The notes: generated from the letters alone by a model not told the origin. Positions 1-8,196 are shown, numbered from the stretch's first letter. The stretch: DNA of 11,823 nucleotides from Pseudomonadota bacterium (GCA_043818055.1 JBDRGF010000041.1:1-11823); one strand, 5' to 3'. Program-made: numbers and translations.

Positions 1-2334
1 AGATACAACACTATAAAAAAAGAGGATGCGCCGAAGAAGAGAGTTAGGAAGAGTAATCTTTCTCTACCCTCTTTTAGAAAGCTGATTATCATCATAATAG
101 TGATCGGCATCTTCATGGTTCCGCTCATCATCCATCACATGCGCACTCTCGGTGATGAGATCGAGAACAAATTCAGCCAGCCACAGAAATGGAATCTCCC
201 ATCGAGGATCTATTCGGATGCTGAATATATTTATCCGGGATACAATGTTGCGGACAGAGCACTCCTCAGGAAGCTCGATAGATTAGGGTATCGCAACATG
301 GGAGAGCATATAGGTGGATCGGGAGAATATTCGGAGAACAAGAGCAGGATAGATATCTATCTTCATAATTTTCAATATCCTGAAGAGGCCTTCGTTGGTT
401 TCCCCGTACGTCTCGATCTCAGCTCTAACATAGTGACTAAGATGACGCGTCTTGATACGGACGAAGAGGAGTCGCTGGTTCGTCTCGAGCCGGAGCTCGT
501 CGCATCCATCTTTGACAGATCGATGGAGGACAGGACAGAAGTTACGCTTAAGCAGGTTCCAAGTTACTTGCTTGAGGCTATAATCCTCGTCGAGGATGAG
601 AGATTTTTCAAACACAAGGGAGTGGATCCGATAGGAATGCTCAGAGCTTTTATAGCCGATGTGAAAGCGGTCGCCTTTGTTCAGGGCGGTTCCACGCTCA
701 CCCAGCAGCTGGTTAAAAACTTTTTTCTCTATTCAAAAAAATCGTTCACACGCAAATTCAACGAAATTCTTATGGCGATACAGCTGGAGCGCCACCATAC
801 AAAATCCGAAATACTACAGGCCTATATCAATGAAATATATTTAGGACAGAGGGGCGCATCTTCAGTCTCGGGAGTCGCGGAAGCGAGCCGCCTCTATTTT
901 GGGAAGGATATAAAAAATATTTCCATCGGCGAGTCTGCGATGCTGGCGGGAATGATCAAACATCCATATAAATATAATCCAATATCAAATCCCGAAAAGG
1001 CTAAAGAGAGAAGAAATTTTATTCTGCAGAGGATGTACAACGAAAATCTGATAGATGAGACCGAACTTGTAAAGGCGATGGATGAATCGATCATCACACC
1101 CCGCCTTGTGCTCAAGAGCAACAATGCCCCATTCTTTGTCGATTTTGTGAAGGCCCAGCTCGTCGAGTTTTATCCAGAGGAGATATTGCAGAGCGAGGGA
1201 TTGAAAATTTTTACAACGCTCGACATGAACGCACAGCTCATAGCACAAAAGGCTGTATCGGACGGTCTTCAAAGGTTGGAAGAAAAATATGGCAACCTTT
1301 TACCCCCCGATCATATCGGCTTATTGCAGTCGTGTCTTGTCGCCCTTACCCCTTCTAACGGATATATACGCGTCCTCGCAGGTGGAAGGAATTACGGTAT
1401 ATCCCAGTACAATCACTGTTTCCAGGCGATGCGCCAGCCCGGTTCCACTTTTAAACCCTTCGTATATCTGACCGCCTTTGATTCATCGCGCTCCGATAAA
1501 GAGTTCACACCATCTACGCTGATCGATGACAGCTCTTTTGAAATGGTCTCAGGCGGTGAACTCTGGAGACCTAAAAATTACGACAAGAAGGAACATGGGC
1601 GTGTCACATTGCGGACAGCTTTGGAAAACAGCTACAACATCGCGACCACGAAAGTGGCTATCGATGCCGGTCTTGAAAATGTCGTCGCAACTGCGAAGGA
1701 TGCCGGTATCAAAGGAAATCTTCTGGCGGTTCCCTCGCTTGCGTTAGGGTCTTTCGAAGTGACTCCACTTGGACTGGCTGCTGCATACACGATATTTCCG
1801 AACGCAGGAATCAGGACGGAGCCGATATCGATCATGCAAGTGGTTACGAAGGATGGAAAAATTCTGGAGCACAAGCCGATCATGATGAAGCGCAAATTCG
1901 ATCCGAGACCCATCTATCTCACGACATACGTGATGCAGGGTGTGATCGATCATGGCACAGCGAGGGCTGCGAGGGTCTATGGTGTGAAGGGGAGCCCCGC
2001 CGGAAAGACGGGTACGACATCGGATTACAGGGATGCATGGTTTGTCGGATTTACTCCTAATTTGTTAGCCACAGTATGGGTAGGGTTCGATGATAATGTC
2101 TCGACGAAAATGAGTGGATCGAGGGCCGCCCTTCCCATATGGTCTGAATTCATGAGCGAGATGAAATATGCAGATAAAAGATTTGCTCCGCCAAAGGGGA
2201 TCAAATATATTAACGTCGATCCGATTACGGGTCTTCTCTCAGGAAAAAAATGTCCCGATTATATTGTTGAGGCATTCATCGATGGAACTGAGCCGGAAGA
2301 TAAATGCTCCGAGGTGATGGATGAGGAAAATTAG
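1..2334 (+). CDS. mrcB: Class A bifunctional penicillin-binding protein, PBP1B type (TM anchor, UB2H-like region, transglycosylase, transpeptidase); 5'-truncated by the window edge
   Basis: Frame 1 is stop-free from base 1 (RYNTIKKEDAPKKRVRKS...LIIIIIVIGIFMVPLII), so the GTG at 100 lies inside the TM helix and the true start is upstream. GT51 motifs EDERFFKHKG, GGSTLTQQLVKN, RKFNE, YINEIYLG. Transpeptidase motifs STFK, SYN, KTG. The ~100-aa insert before the GT domain (PSRIYS...LGYR...GEY...LEPE) resembles the PBP1B UB2H domain. Confidence 0.93.
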   Translation, partial: RYNTIKKEDAPKKRVRKSNLSLPSFRKLIIIIIVIGIFMVPLIIHHMRTLGDEIENKFSQPQKWNLPSRIYSDAEYIYPGYNVADRALLRKLDRLGYRNMGEHIGGSGEYSENKSRIDIYLHNFQYPEEAFVGFPVRLDLSSNIVTKMTRLDTDEEESLVRLEPELVASIFDRSMEDRTEVTLKQVPSYLLEAIILVEDERFFKHKGVDPIGMLRAFIADVKAVAFVQGGSTLTQQLVKNFFLYSKKSFTRKFNEILMAIQLERHHTKSEILQAYINEIYLGQRGASSVSGVAEASRLYFGKDIKNISIGESAMLAGMIKHPYKYNPISNPEKAKERRNFILQRMYNENLIDETELVKAMDESIITPRLVLKSNNAPFFVDFVKAQLVEFYPEEILQSEGLKIFTTLDMNAQLIAQKAVSDGLQRLEEKYGNLLPPDHIGLLQSCLVALTPSNGYIRVLAGGRNYGISQYNHCFQAMRQPGSTFKPFVYLTAFDSSRSDKEFTPSTLIDDSSFEMVSGGELWRPKNYDKKEHGRVTLRTALENSYNIATTKVAIDAGLENVVATAKDAGIKGNLLAVPSLALGSFEVTPLGLAAAYTIFPNAGIRTEPISIMQVVTKDGKILEHKPIMMKRKFDPRPIYLTTYVMQGVIDHGTARAARVYGVKGSPAGKTGTTSDYRDAWFVGFTPNLLATVWVGFDDNVSTKMSGSRAALPIWSEFMSEMKYADKRFAPPKGIKYINVDPITGLLSGKKCPDYIVEAFIDGTEPEDKCSEVMDEEN

Positions 2335-2776
2335 AATCTGTTTAGCTATTCTTCTTTTAGTTTTTTGTGTCAGCTGCGCAAAGGAGGGTGGAAAACCATT
2401 CTATAAAAAGCTTCCACCGAGGGAAAAGACGCCATCTGTCGAGGATGGTGATTATAGGCTCCCGCCCGAGATCGCAGCAGTCGAGGAGAAAAAAGTTGAA
2501 AATGTTTCTCAGCGAAAGGCTTCGATGGGGCTTGTGGAAAAGGGGATCGGTTTTCTTGAAAATGACCAGCCGACTGAGTCCGCGCGCCTCTTTCAGAGTG
2601 CGGTAGATGTGGACGGGTCGAACGGTGTTGCATATTATTATCTGGCAGTCGCCAATCACAAACTTGGCGAGGATGAGGCAGCACTAGGCCTTCTCGAAAA
2701 GGCCGACACCCTTTTTGGAAGCGACAGATACTGGAGCGAGAGGATTGAAAATCTAAGAGCGGAGATAGATGAATAA
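2321..2776 (+). CDS. TPR-containing lipoprotein, candidate PBP1B partner (LpoP-like)
   Basis: Signal peptide MRKIRICLAILLLVFCVS-C (Cys19), Pro/charged linker, then TPR-like helices (ARLFQSAVDVDGSNGVAYYYLAVANHKLGEDEAALGLLEKA). Overlaps the end of mrcB by 14 nt. Confidence 0.8.
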   Translation: MRKIRICLAILLLVFCVSCAKEGGKPFYKKLPPREKTPSVEDGDYRLPPEIAAVEEKKVENVSQRKASMGLVEKGIGFLENDQPTESARLFQSAVDVDGSNGVAYYYLAVANHKLGEDEAALGLLEKADTLFGSDRYWSERIENLRAEIDE

Positions 2777-2783
2777 TATAAAT

Positions 2784-2809
2784 GTAGGGGCAGACCCATG
2801 TGTCTGCCC
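2784..2809 (+). repeat. Single GTAG-family REP hairpin
   Basis: GTAG + GGGCAGAC-CCATGT-GTCTGCCC (8-bp perfect stem) just after the stop at 2776. Shares AAATGTAGGGGCAG with the REP at 8758. Confidence 0.8.
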
Positions 2810-2835
2810 GTTGAAAGATCTTGTTCGGGGGTTCC

Positions 2836-3156
2836 ATGTCAAAGCATATAATTGTATTTTCCACGATCGATGGTGAGAAGAAGGCTAAGAAGCTGGCATC
2901 GAAACTTGTGAAGAGGCGACTCGTTGCTTGTGTGAATATTGTTCCTAAAATTCGTTCGATCTACGAGTGGGATGGCGAGATTCACGATGAGAACGAGAGC
3001 CTGATGATAATGAAGACGAAATCCGATCTCTTCGATGAGCTGAAAGAATTCATCACAAAGAACCATGGCTACGAAGTCCCCGAAATAATCTCAATAGACA
3101 TCAAAGATGGTCTACAGACCTACCTCGACTGGATCGATGGAGTAACTGCAACCTAA
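2836..3156 (+). CDS. cutA: Divalent-cation tolerance protein CutA
   Basis: Family signature LVACVNI...SIYEWDG...E.LMIMKT...HGYEVPEII...YLDWI. ATG at 2836 is preceded by GGGGG and is preferred over TTG 2821. Confidence 0.95.
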   Translation: MSKHIIVFSTIDGEKKAKKLASKLVKRRLVACVNIVPKIRSIYEWDGEIHDENESLMIMKTKSDLFDELKEFITKNHGYEVPEIISIDIKDGLQTYLDWIDGVTAT

Positions 3157-3158
3157 TC

Positions 3159-3337
3159 ATCATAATTACGTTGAATCATGTAAAAATGATGATTCAGGTT
3201 TGGCGTTACTATTTCACAAATATACCTATGTAAATTTGTTATCGTCAATTTTACAATTAGATTTAGCGTATAATATCATATCGTTATAAAAGCATTCCCT
3301 TAATCATCATTTTTACATGAATATGCGTAATAATGAT
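3159..3337. repeat. 40-bp imperfect inverted repeat (3159-3198 / 3298-3337) around a 99-bp AT-rich spacer; each arm is itself a dyad
   Basis: 34/40 matches by hand alignment. Perfect 19-bp core TCATGTAAAAATGATGATT (3176-3194) / AATCATCATTTTTACATGA (3302-3320). Confidence 0.9.
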
Positions 3338-3359
3338 AAAGAAGAGGTTGGGTCATTTG

Positions 3360-3707
3360 TTATGATAGGGATAATATAATTTTTAGAACATATTCAATCT
3401 CTGACATTGTCTCTTCTGATATTTTTCCAATTTTGTCGATTAATCTTTTTTTTGAAATGGTTCGGATTTGATCACATTTTACATAGCTGGTTTTTTTAAA
3501 TCCGCCATCGGGAGGATCAACTTTTATATGAGATGGAATGTTTCTAAATGTTGTTGTAATTGGTAGGACAATAACTAAATCGGCCGGACAGTTGTTGATT
3601 TCATCTTCTGAGATTATCAAAGCTGGTCTTTTTCCATGAATCTCTTTTCCCTTTCCAGGTGGATTCAGATTAACCCACCATGTTTCAGAGCGATAGACGT
3701 TAACCAT
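3360..3707 (-). CDS. mazF: Type II toxin, PemK/MazF family endoribonuclease
   Basis: RSETWWVNLNPPGKGKEIHGKRPALIIS, VIVLPITT and CDQIRTISKKRL are MazF-family motifs. 115 aa, starting 2 nt after the antitoxin stop. Confidence 0.95.
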   Translation of the reverse strand: MVNVYRSETWWVNLNPPGKGKEIHGKRPALIISEDEINNCPADLVIVLPITTTFRNIPSHIKVDPPDGGFKKTSYVKCDQIRTISKKRLIDKIGKISEETMSEIEYVLKIILSLS

Positions 3708-3709
3708 AG

Positions 3710-3964
3710 CTATTCATCCCTCTCTAAACCGTCATCAATTGCATTGTCCCAATAATCTCTTTCCCCCAACTCAGATTTTAATTTTTTGGGATTCGATTTA
3801 AGTGCTGAGTAAGCTTCAGAGCATTTCTTGAGAAAATATTTTTTTCTATAGCTGACTAATGCTTCATGAATGATTTTTGTCATTGGAACGCGCTCATGTT
3901 CAGCAATTTCATGTAGAATTTTGTCTGATTCTTTATCGATTCTTACAGTTGATGTCTGTTGCAT
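3710..3964 (-). CDS. Antitoxin with N-terminal ribbon-helix-helix-like domain
   Basis: TSTVRID...LHEIA...MTKIIHEAL follows the RHH pattern, with an acidic tail (WDNAIDDGLERDE). Lies directly upstream of the toxin. GGAGG at 3977-3973 is 8 nt from ATG 3964, so the start is moved from 3991. Confidence 0.88.
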   Translation of the reverse strand: MQQTSTVRIDKESDKILHEIAEHERVPMTKIIHEALVSYRKKYFLKKCSEAYSALKSNPKKLKSELGERDYWDNAIDDGLERDE

Positions 3965-3999
3965 AGTCATCTCCTCCTGACTTATATACATGATTTGTT

Positions 4000-4035
4000 A
4001 TATTTATGTCTACATATATATTATCGGTTATGTAG
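4000..4035 (-). promoter_or_regulatory. Putative TA promoter/operator palindromes
   Basis: ATATTTATGT-CT-ACATATATAT (4000-4021, 9/10 arms) and CTACATA...TATGTAG (4010-4016 / 4029-4035) upstream of the antitoxin. Type II TA modules are typically autoregulated. Confidence 0.5.
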
Positions 4036-4080
4036 TCTTAAAAGTTGCTAAATAAAGTGGCTTAAACAATTCTTAAATAA

Positions 4081-4093
4081 TAACAATAAGTTG
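4081..4093 (+). promoter_or_regulatory. IHF-like binding site
   Basis: TAACAATAAGTTG matches WATCAANNNNTTR with one mismatch and follows an AT tract. Weak evidence in AT-rich DNA. Confidence 0.25.
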
Positions 4094-4134
4094 TATTAAT
4101 TTAAAAATGGTGATGCTTGAAAAAAATGTTTGAG

Positions 4135-4175
4135 AAAATATAAAAATTCAGTGTCGAAACACTTATACTGAATTT
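4135..4175 (-). terminator. Probable intrinsic terminator of the peptidase gene
   Basis: AAATTCAGT (4144-4152) / ACTGAATTT (4167-4175) stem overlapping the stop codon, followed on the minus strand by TTATATTTT. Confidence 0.5.
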
Positions 4176-4896
4176 ACCCCTCCCCAATCACCTTGCCTAT
4201 CTTAGGGCCATCTGTTTTTCCCTCTGAAAAGAAGAGTCGTTTTGCGACCTCCATGGCGCGTTTTTCGGCCTTCCACGATTCCTCGAAGATTGCACAGCGC
4301 GTGGCTGTGTTGTGATATTTGTGAGAGTGGGTTTTTTTCTTCTGGCTGGCCTTTAGTTTTTTGAAAAACTTTACGACATTTTCGTAGGAGTAGTTCATGA
4401 GAAAGAGCGCCCGGCCAGCAAAACCATCGGCATCGGCCTCTTCAGTGCGGCGCATCTCATAGAGCTCATCCCAGGTCAAATGCGACCAGTCTACACCTTT
4501 TGGGAGATCGCTCATCATATGTCCCCATTCGTGGGCGAGGATTCCTGCCACAACCTCCTCATCATCACCATACTGCTCAAGAAATTCCACTCCGACGTAG
4601 AGGTTGTCATCCTCATCGACGCAGGCAATCGTGTTTTTCGCAGCGAATATCTTACCACCCTTTTTGCGGCTGATGAGAGAGAGTTTTTTTCTGAGACGCT
4701 CGAGAAGTCCGTTTTTCCTGAAAAATTTTGCTATGTGAGCGGCGAGAACTGAAGGATCGACGATTTGCGGCAGCGGCTCTCCCAGGACTTTTCGGATCTC
4801 ACGTGAATTGCCGATGTTGCCGCCACGGGATGTGACCTGACTCAGCCAATTCGGCGGAAGGTTAATCGATGACGATCCAATTCTATCTATAGCCAT
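4174..4896 (-). CDS. Zinc metallopeptidase, M48-like, soluble
   Basis: GILAHEWGH (HExxH), downstream EADAD third-ligand motif, Y...KFFKKL and late H....R, in the same order as M48 peptidases. No TM helix or signal peptide visible. Confidence 0.8.
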   Translation of the reverse strand: MAIDRIGSSSINLPPNWLSQVTSRGGNIGNSREIRKVLGEPLPQIVDPSVLAAHIAKFFRKNGLLERLRKKLSLISRKKGGKIFAAKNTIACVDEDDNLYVGVEFLEQYGDDEEVVAGILAHEWGHMMSDLPKGVDWSHLTWDELYEMRRTEEADADGFAGRALFLMNYSYENVVKFFKKLKASQKKKTHSHKYHNTATRCAIFEESWKAEKRAMEVAKRLFFSEGKTDGPKIGKVIGEG

Positions 4897-5090
4897 AGTG
4901 TAGGTGTAATACTAGTTGAATGCGAGATCAAGCTAGATTTGATTTTTGGGATTTAGTTTAAGGAGCTTTTTACCAGAGGTTTTTAATTAAAAAACGAACA
5001 AGTAATTGTTTTACGAAACGATCATTTTAAGGTATAAGCGCTATAAAGTGTTTATTGGTTCCTCTGAATTGCGAAGTTAGGGGGGGGATT

Positions 5091-6854
5091 ATGAAAAATT
5101 TAAGAAAATCACCCAATCTGGCGATGTTTGTTACGGTGGCTTTTTTCACCTTCGTGACCTTAGGCACCACGCTCACATCCTGCGGGGGATCAAGTTCCAA
5201 CGGAAGCTCGACTGGTGATTCCTTTTCCTCATTTCAAAAAGCTACTACAGACTCAAACGGCAAGGCAACTTTCACTACTTCAAAACTCACAAGTGCAACA
5301 AGCACAGAAATCACGCTTACGTTACCGAATGGAGAGTTGGGAAGTGGTATGACAGTGGACTTTTCAGAAACCGACGACCAGCATGTCATGTTTATCGTCT
5401 ATGACCCAAATGGAAATTATCAGACAACTTTTATAACAGCGGATGTAAGCACCCTTACTGCTTCTGCATCCGCCCTGAACAACAGCCTTTATCTTGAAAA
5501 ACTACCCGTATCGGCAACAATTAAAGAGAAGGATTTTGGCATAACAACGCTTGTCGTCATAGCGGGCGCTCTGCTTTTAGCTACCACAGGGGGAATCACT
5601 CTGCAGAACAGGATAAACAAGGCAAGCGGGACGATAGATCCGGTGCGACTTGTAAAGGGAGAGCCAGAATGTTTTTCCGTGGATGACATCTTCGAATATT
5701 ATTCGATAGCGACCGATTCGGTCGGGCTTGTTTTTTGGACGGCCTCCACCCTTGCAAGCGCCGGTGCGACCCTCACAACAGATGCCCTTTATGAGCTTCT
5801 TCTCCAAAACATCACAAGCGACGTTCAAGACAGGGTCAAACAGCTCTTCTGGGACGAGATAGTATCCGTCGCATTCACCGGTCTTAATATATCCCGCGAC
5901 ACGAAGGTGTGCTGGCAATTGTATAGTCCTTTCACCGACAGCAGCGGCAATATCCGTTATAATAAAATTTTTGAGATCCGGCCTGACAGGACATGCACAA
6001 CTTCCGCAAACTGCTCCGGCATCACCCCAATAGCTCAAACATTAAACGCGATCGACAGTGACGGCGATGGTTATACCCCAGATCAGAGCGACTGCGATGA
6101 CCAGAATGCAAGAATATACCCGGGGGCATTTGAGGTGTGTGACAGCGGCATAGATTACAATTGCGATGGGGCGTTAACAACGTGTAATGTCACATCCAAT
6201 GCTTATATGGACGCGTGGCCAGGCGGAGGTTCACTAACAAACGGTGGAAGCGGAGATGTCTCCTTGGCTCTTTTTCAAGGTTCATTTATCGGGGCAGGCA
6301 GCGATAATATCACCGAGGCCCGGATCATTGTTAATGACAATATAGAGCAAAGGGTGAGCACCACGAGTTATGGAGGTGGAGATTTCGGGTGGCTCACTTA
6401 TGTCGGACTCCAAAAAGGAATTAACAGAATACAGATAGCGGGACAAGCAGGCACTCATTACGGTTCCAAGACCTGGCAATTCACCAACACGAGGACCGAA
6501 GATGTGCTCGATATCATGCTCACGTGGGACGCATGTCCGGGATTGCGCCTCTACGTCACCGAACCCAACTCAAGTTTAATTTACTACGGGAATAAAACAG
6601 GAACTTACGGAAGTATGACCTTTGCACCGGACATAAGTTCAGGATGGGGACCGGAGATCTACGAAGCTGTGAATCCCGCTGCTTCCCAAACATATTCCTT
6701 CTACGCCAAATACGTTGACGATGGCAGTTGCGGTGTAAGTGGTGAATCGGCGAATTATACAATAAGGATCTTCACGCCTTATGGCGACCAGGTGAAAACA
6801 GGGACGCTCTCAGCCATCAACCAGACAAGCAGCACTTATGAGGTTTCTTTTTAA
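5091..6854 (+). CDS. Modular lipoprotein (587 aa) with a Cys/Asp metal-binding motif (MopE-related type) and C-terminal YfaP/DUF2135-like domain
   Basis: ATG 5091 follows a G-run. Lipobox LTS-C followed by a GGSSS linker. DSDGDGY..DCDD..IYPGA.EVCD.GIDYNCDG at 6054-6170. LTWD...LYVTEP...IYY.N...D...GWGPE from about 6507. Confidence 0.8.
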   Translation: MKNLRKSPNLAMFVTVAFFTFVTLGTTLTSCGGSSSNGSSTGDSFSSFQKATTDSNGKATFTTSKLTSATSTEITLTLPNGELGSGMTVDFSETDDQHVMFIVYDPNGNYQTTFITADVSTLTASASALNNSLYLEKLPVSATIKEKDFGITTLVVIAGALLLATTGGITLQNRINKASGTIDPVRLVKGEPECFSVDDIFEYYSIATDSVGLVFWTASTLASAGATLTTDALYELLLQNITSDVQDRVKQLFWDEIVSVAFTGLNISRDTKVCWQLYSPFTDSSGNIRYNKIFEIRPDRTCTTSANCSGITPIAQTLNAIDSDGDGYTPDQSDCDDQNARIYPGAFEVCDSGIDYNCDGALTTCNVTSNAYMDAWPGGGSLTNGGSGDVSLALFQGSFIGAGSDNITEARIIVNDNIEQRVSTTSYGGGDFGWLTYVGLQKGINRIQIAGQAGTHYGSKTWQFTNTRTEDVLDIMLTWDACPGLRLYVTEPNSSLIYYGNKTGTYGSMTFAPDISSGWGPEIYEAVNPAASQTYSFYAKYVDDGSCGVSGESANYTIRIFTPYGDQVKTGTLSAINQTSSTYEVSF

Positions 6855-6918
6855 GAATTTAACCCGCATTTATATCTAAGGTGTATGCCTTTGATTGTTT
6901 GAACCGGTTGAGCCAATT

Positions 6919-8196
6919 TTAATTCAACCCAGCCAGCCTTACCAGCCACAAACTCAAATCTGGAATGTAAGTGATGAGAATCAAAGCTATGAGGAGCACT
7001 CCAAGGAATGGAAGTGATGCACGGTAAACCTCCGGAATCTTCTTTTTGAATCGAAAACTTGATATGAAGAGGTTGAGTCCCACAGGGGGTGTGGCGTAGC
7101 CGATTTCAAGATTTGTAAGGAAGATGATGCCAAGATGAATCGGATGCACGCCGAACTCCTTTGCGATCGGTAATATCAAAGGGACGACGACGATGATCGC
7201 CGAGAAGATATCCATGAGACATCCGACTATTAAAAGGAAGATGTTGAGTGCGAGCAAGAACATAATCCTGCTCGAGATGAAGCTTCTGATCCAGTCGAGC
7301 AACTTCATCGGTATCTGTTCATCTATCAAAAAACTGGTGAATCCGAGCGCACAGCCTAATATCAAGAGTATGCCGCCGACGAGTACCATAGAACGTGCGG
7401 CTATGTGAGGAATATCCTTGAAGAGCTTTAAATCCTTATAGATGAAGACATGGACGAATATCACATATACAACCGTAACAGCCGCCGCTTCGCTCGCCGT
7501 GAATATGCCGCCGTATATCCCTCCCAAAATTATGACAGGAAGTGGAAGGATCCATATCGTTTCCATGAGGGATGAGATGATTTTGCCAAGCGACGGGCGT
7601 GAGAGGCAAACCGCCCTCTTTCGGCCTTTGTAGATGCTGTACAAAGATAGTAGCAGGACGAGCAAAACTCCGGGGATGATGCCGGCGAGAAAAAGTGCGT
7701 CGACATTCACGGATGCTATTATTGCGTAGAGTATTAGTGGCAACGATGGCGGGAAGAGAAGGCCCAAGCTTCCACCTGTCGTGACAAGACCGAGTGAAAA
7801 ACGCTCATCATAATTTTCCTTAATCAGCAGGGGATAGAGGAGTCCACCAAGCGCTATTATGGTTATACCGGACGCGCCGGTGAAAGCTGTAAAAAAAGCA
7901 GAGGCTATCAATGCTACTATGGCGAGCCCACCCGGCATCCATCCAAACAGAGCCCTGTATAGGCGAACAAGCCTCTCCGGCGTTTTTGATTCCGCGAGGA
8001 GATACCCTGCAAATGTGAAGAGCGGGATTGCGATGAGCGTCGGGGCGCTTGTCATTCTATACATCTCGATAATGACAGCCTGCGAATCGATGCCGACGGT
8101 ATAGAAGAAGAAAAGGGCAAGGCCTCCGATGACGACGAAGAGAGGCTCTCCGCACATGGCAAGTATCAGAAGTAAGCTTACGATCAACCAGCTCAC
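6919..8196 (-). CDS. dctM: TRAP transporter large permease
   Basis: 425-aa polytopic protein with LIAIPLFTFAGYLL, GSLGLLFPPS, GGIYGGIFTASEAAA, HPIHLG and TPPVGLNLF. GTGA overlap with the dctQ stop. Confidence 0.95.
   Translation of the reverse strand: MSWLIVSLLLILAMCGEPLFVVIGGLALFFFYTVGIDSQAVIIEMYRMTSAPTLIAIPLFTFAGYLLAESKTPERLVRLYRALFGWMPGGLAIVALIASAFFTAFTGASGITIIALGGLLYPLLIKENYDERFSLGLVTTGGSLGLLFPPSLPLILYAIIASVNVDALFLAGIIPGVLLVLLLSLYSIYKGRKRAVCLSRPSLGKIISSLMETIWILPLPVIILGGIYGGIFTASEAAAVTVVYVIFVHVFIYKDLKLFKDIPHIAARSMVLVGGILLILGCALGFTSFLIDEQIPMKLLDWIRSFISSRIMFLLALNIFLLIVGCLMDIFSAIIVVVPLILPIAKEFGVHPIHLGIIFLTNLEIGYATPPVGLNLFISSFRFKKKIPEVYRASLPFLGVLLIALILITYIPDLSLWLVRLAGLN

Noticed and set aside
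283..3066. Antisense and alternate-frame ORFs over mrcB, the TPR gene and cutA (e.g. 283-615, 2370-2864)
   Set aside because: They are shadows of well-supported genes and carry no recognisable motifs.
3262..3291. dif/pdif-like site (TTAGCGTATAA resembles a XerC arm)
   Set aside because: No acceptable XerD arm (TTATGTTAAAT-like) at 6-bp spacing.
3154..3337. Mini CRISPR array or Fur boxes
   Set aside because: Only two units 147 bp apart, with no cas genes. The ATGAT hexamers do not form the 7-1-7 Fur dyad.
3146..3353. Integron attC site (GTTGGGT at 3347-3353 fits GTTRRRY; CAACCT/AGGTTG outer pairing)
   Set aside because: The partner box CTGCAAC does not fit RYYYAAC, the span is about 200 bp, and there is no second attC or integrase in the window.
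4897..5090. Riboswitch or ncRNA in the divergent intergenic region
   Set aside because: Only an AT palindrome (TTTTTAATTAAAAA) and a 6-bp CAGAGG/CCTCTG pair were seen, with no aptamer motif I recognise. An Rfam search would settle it.
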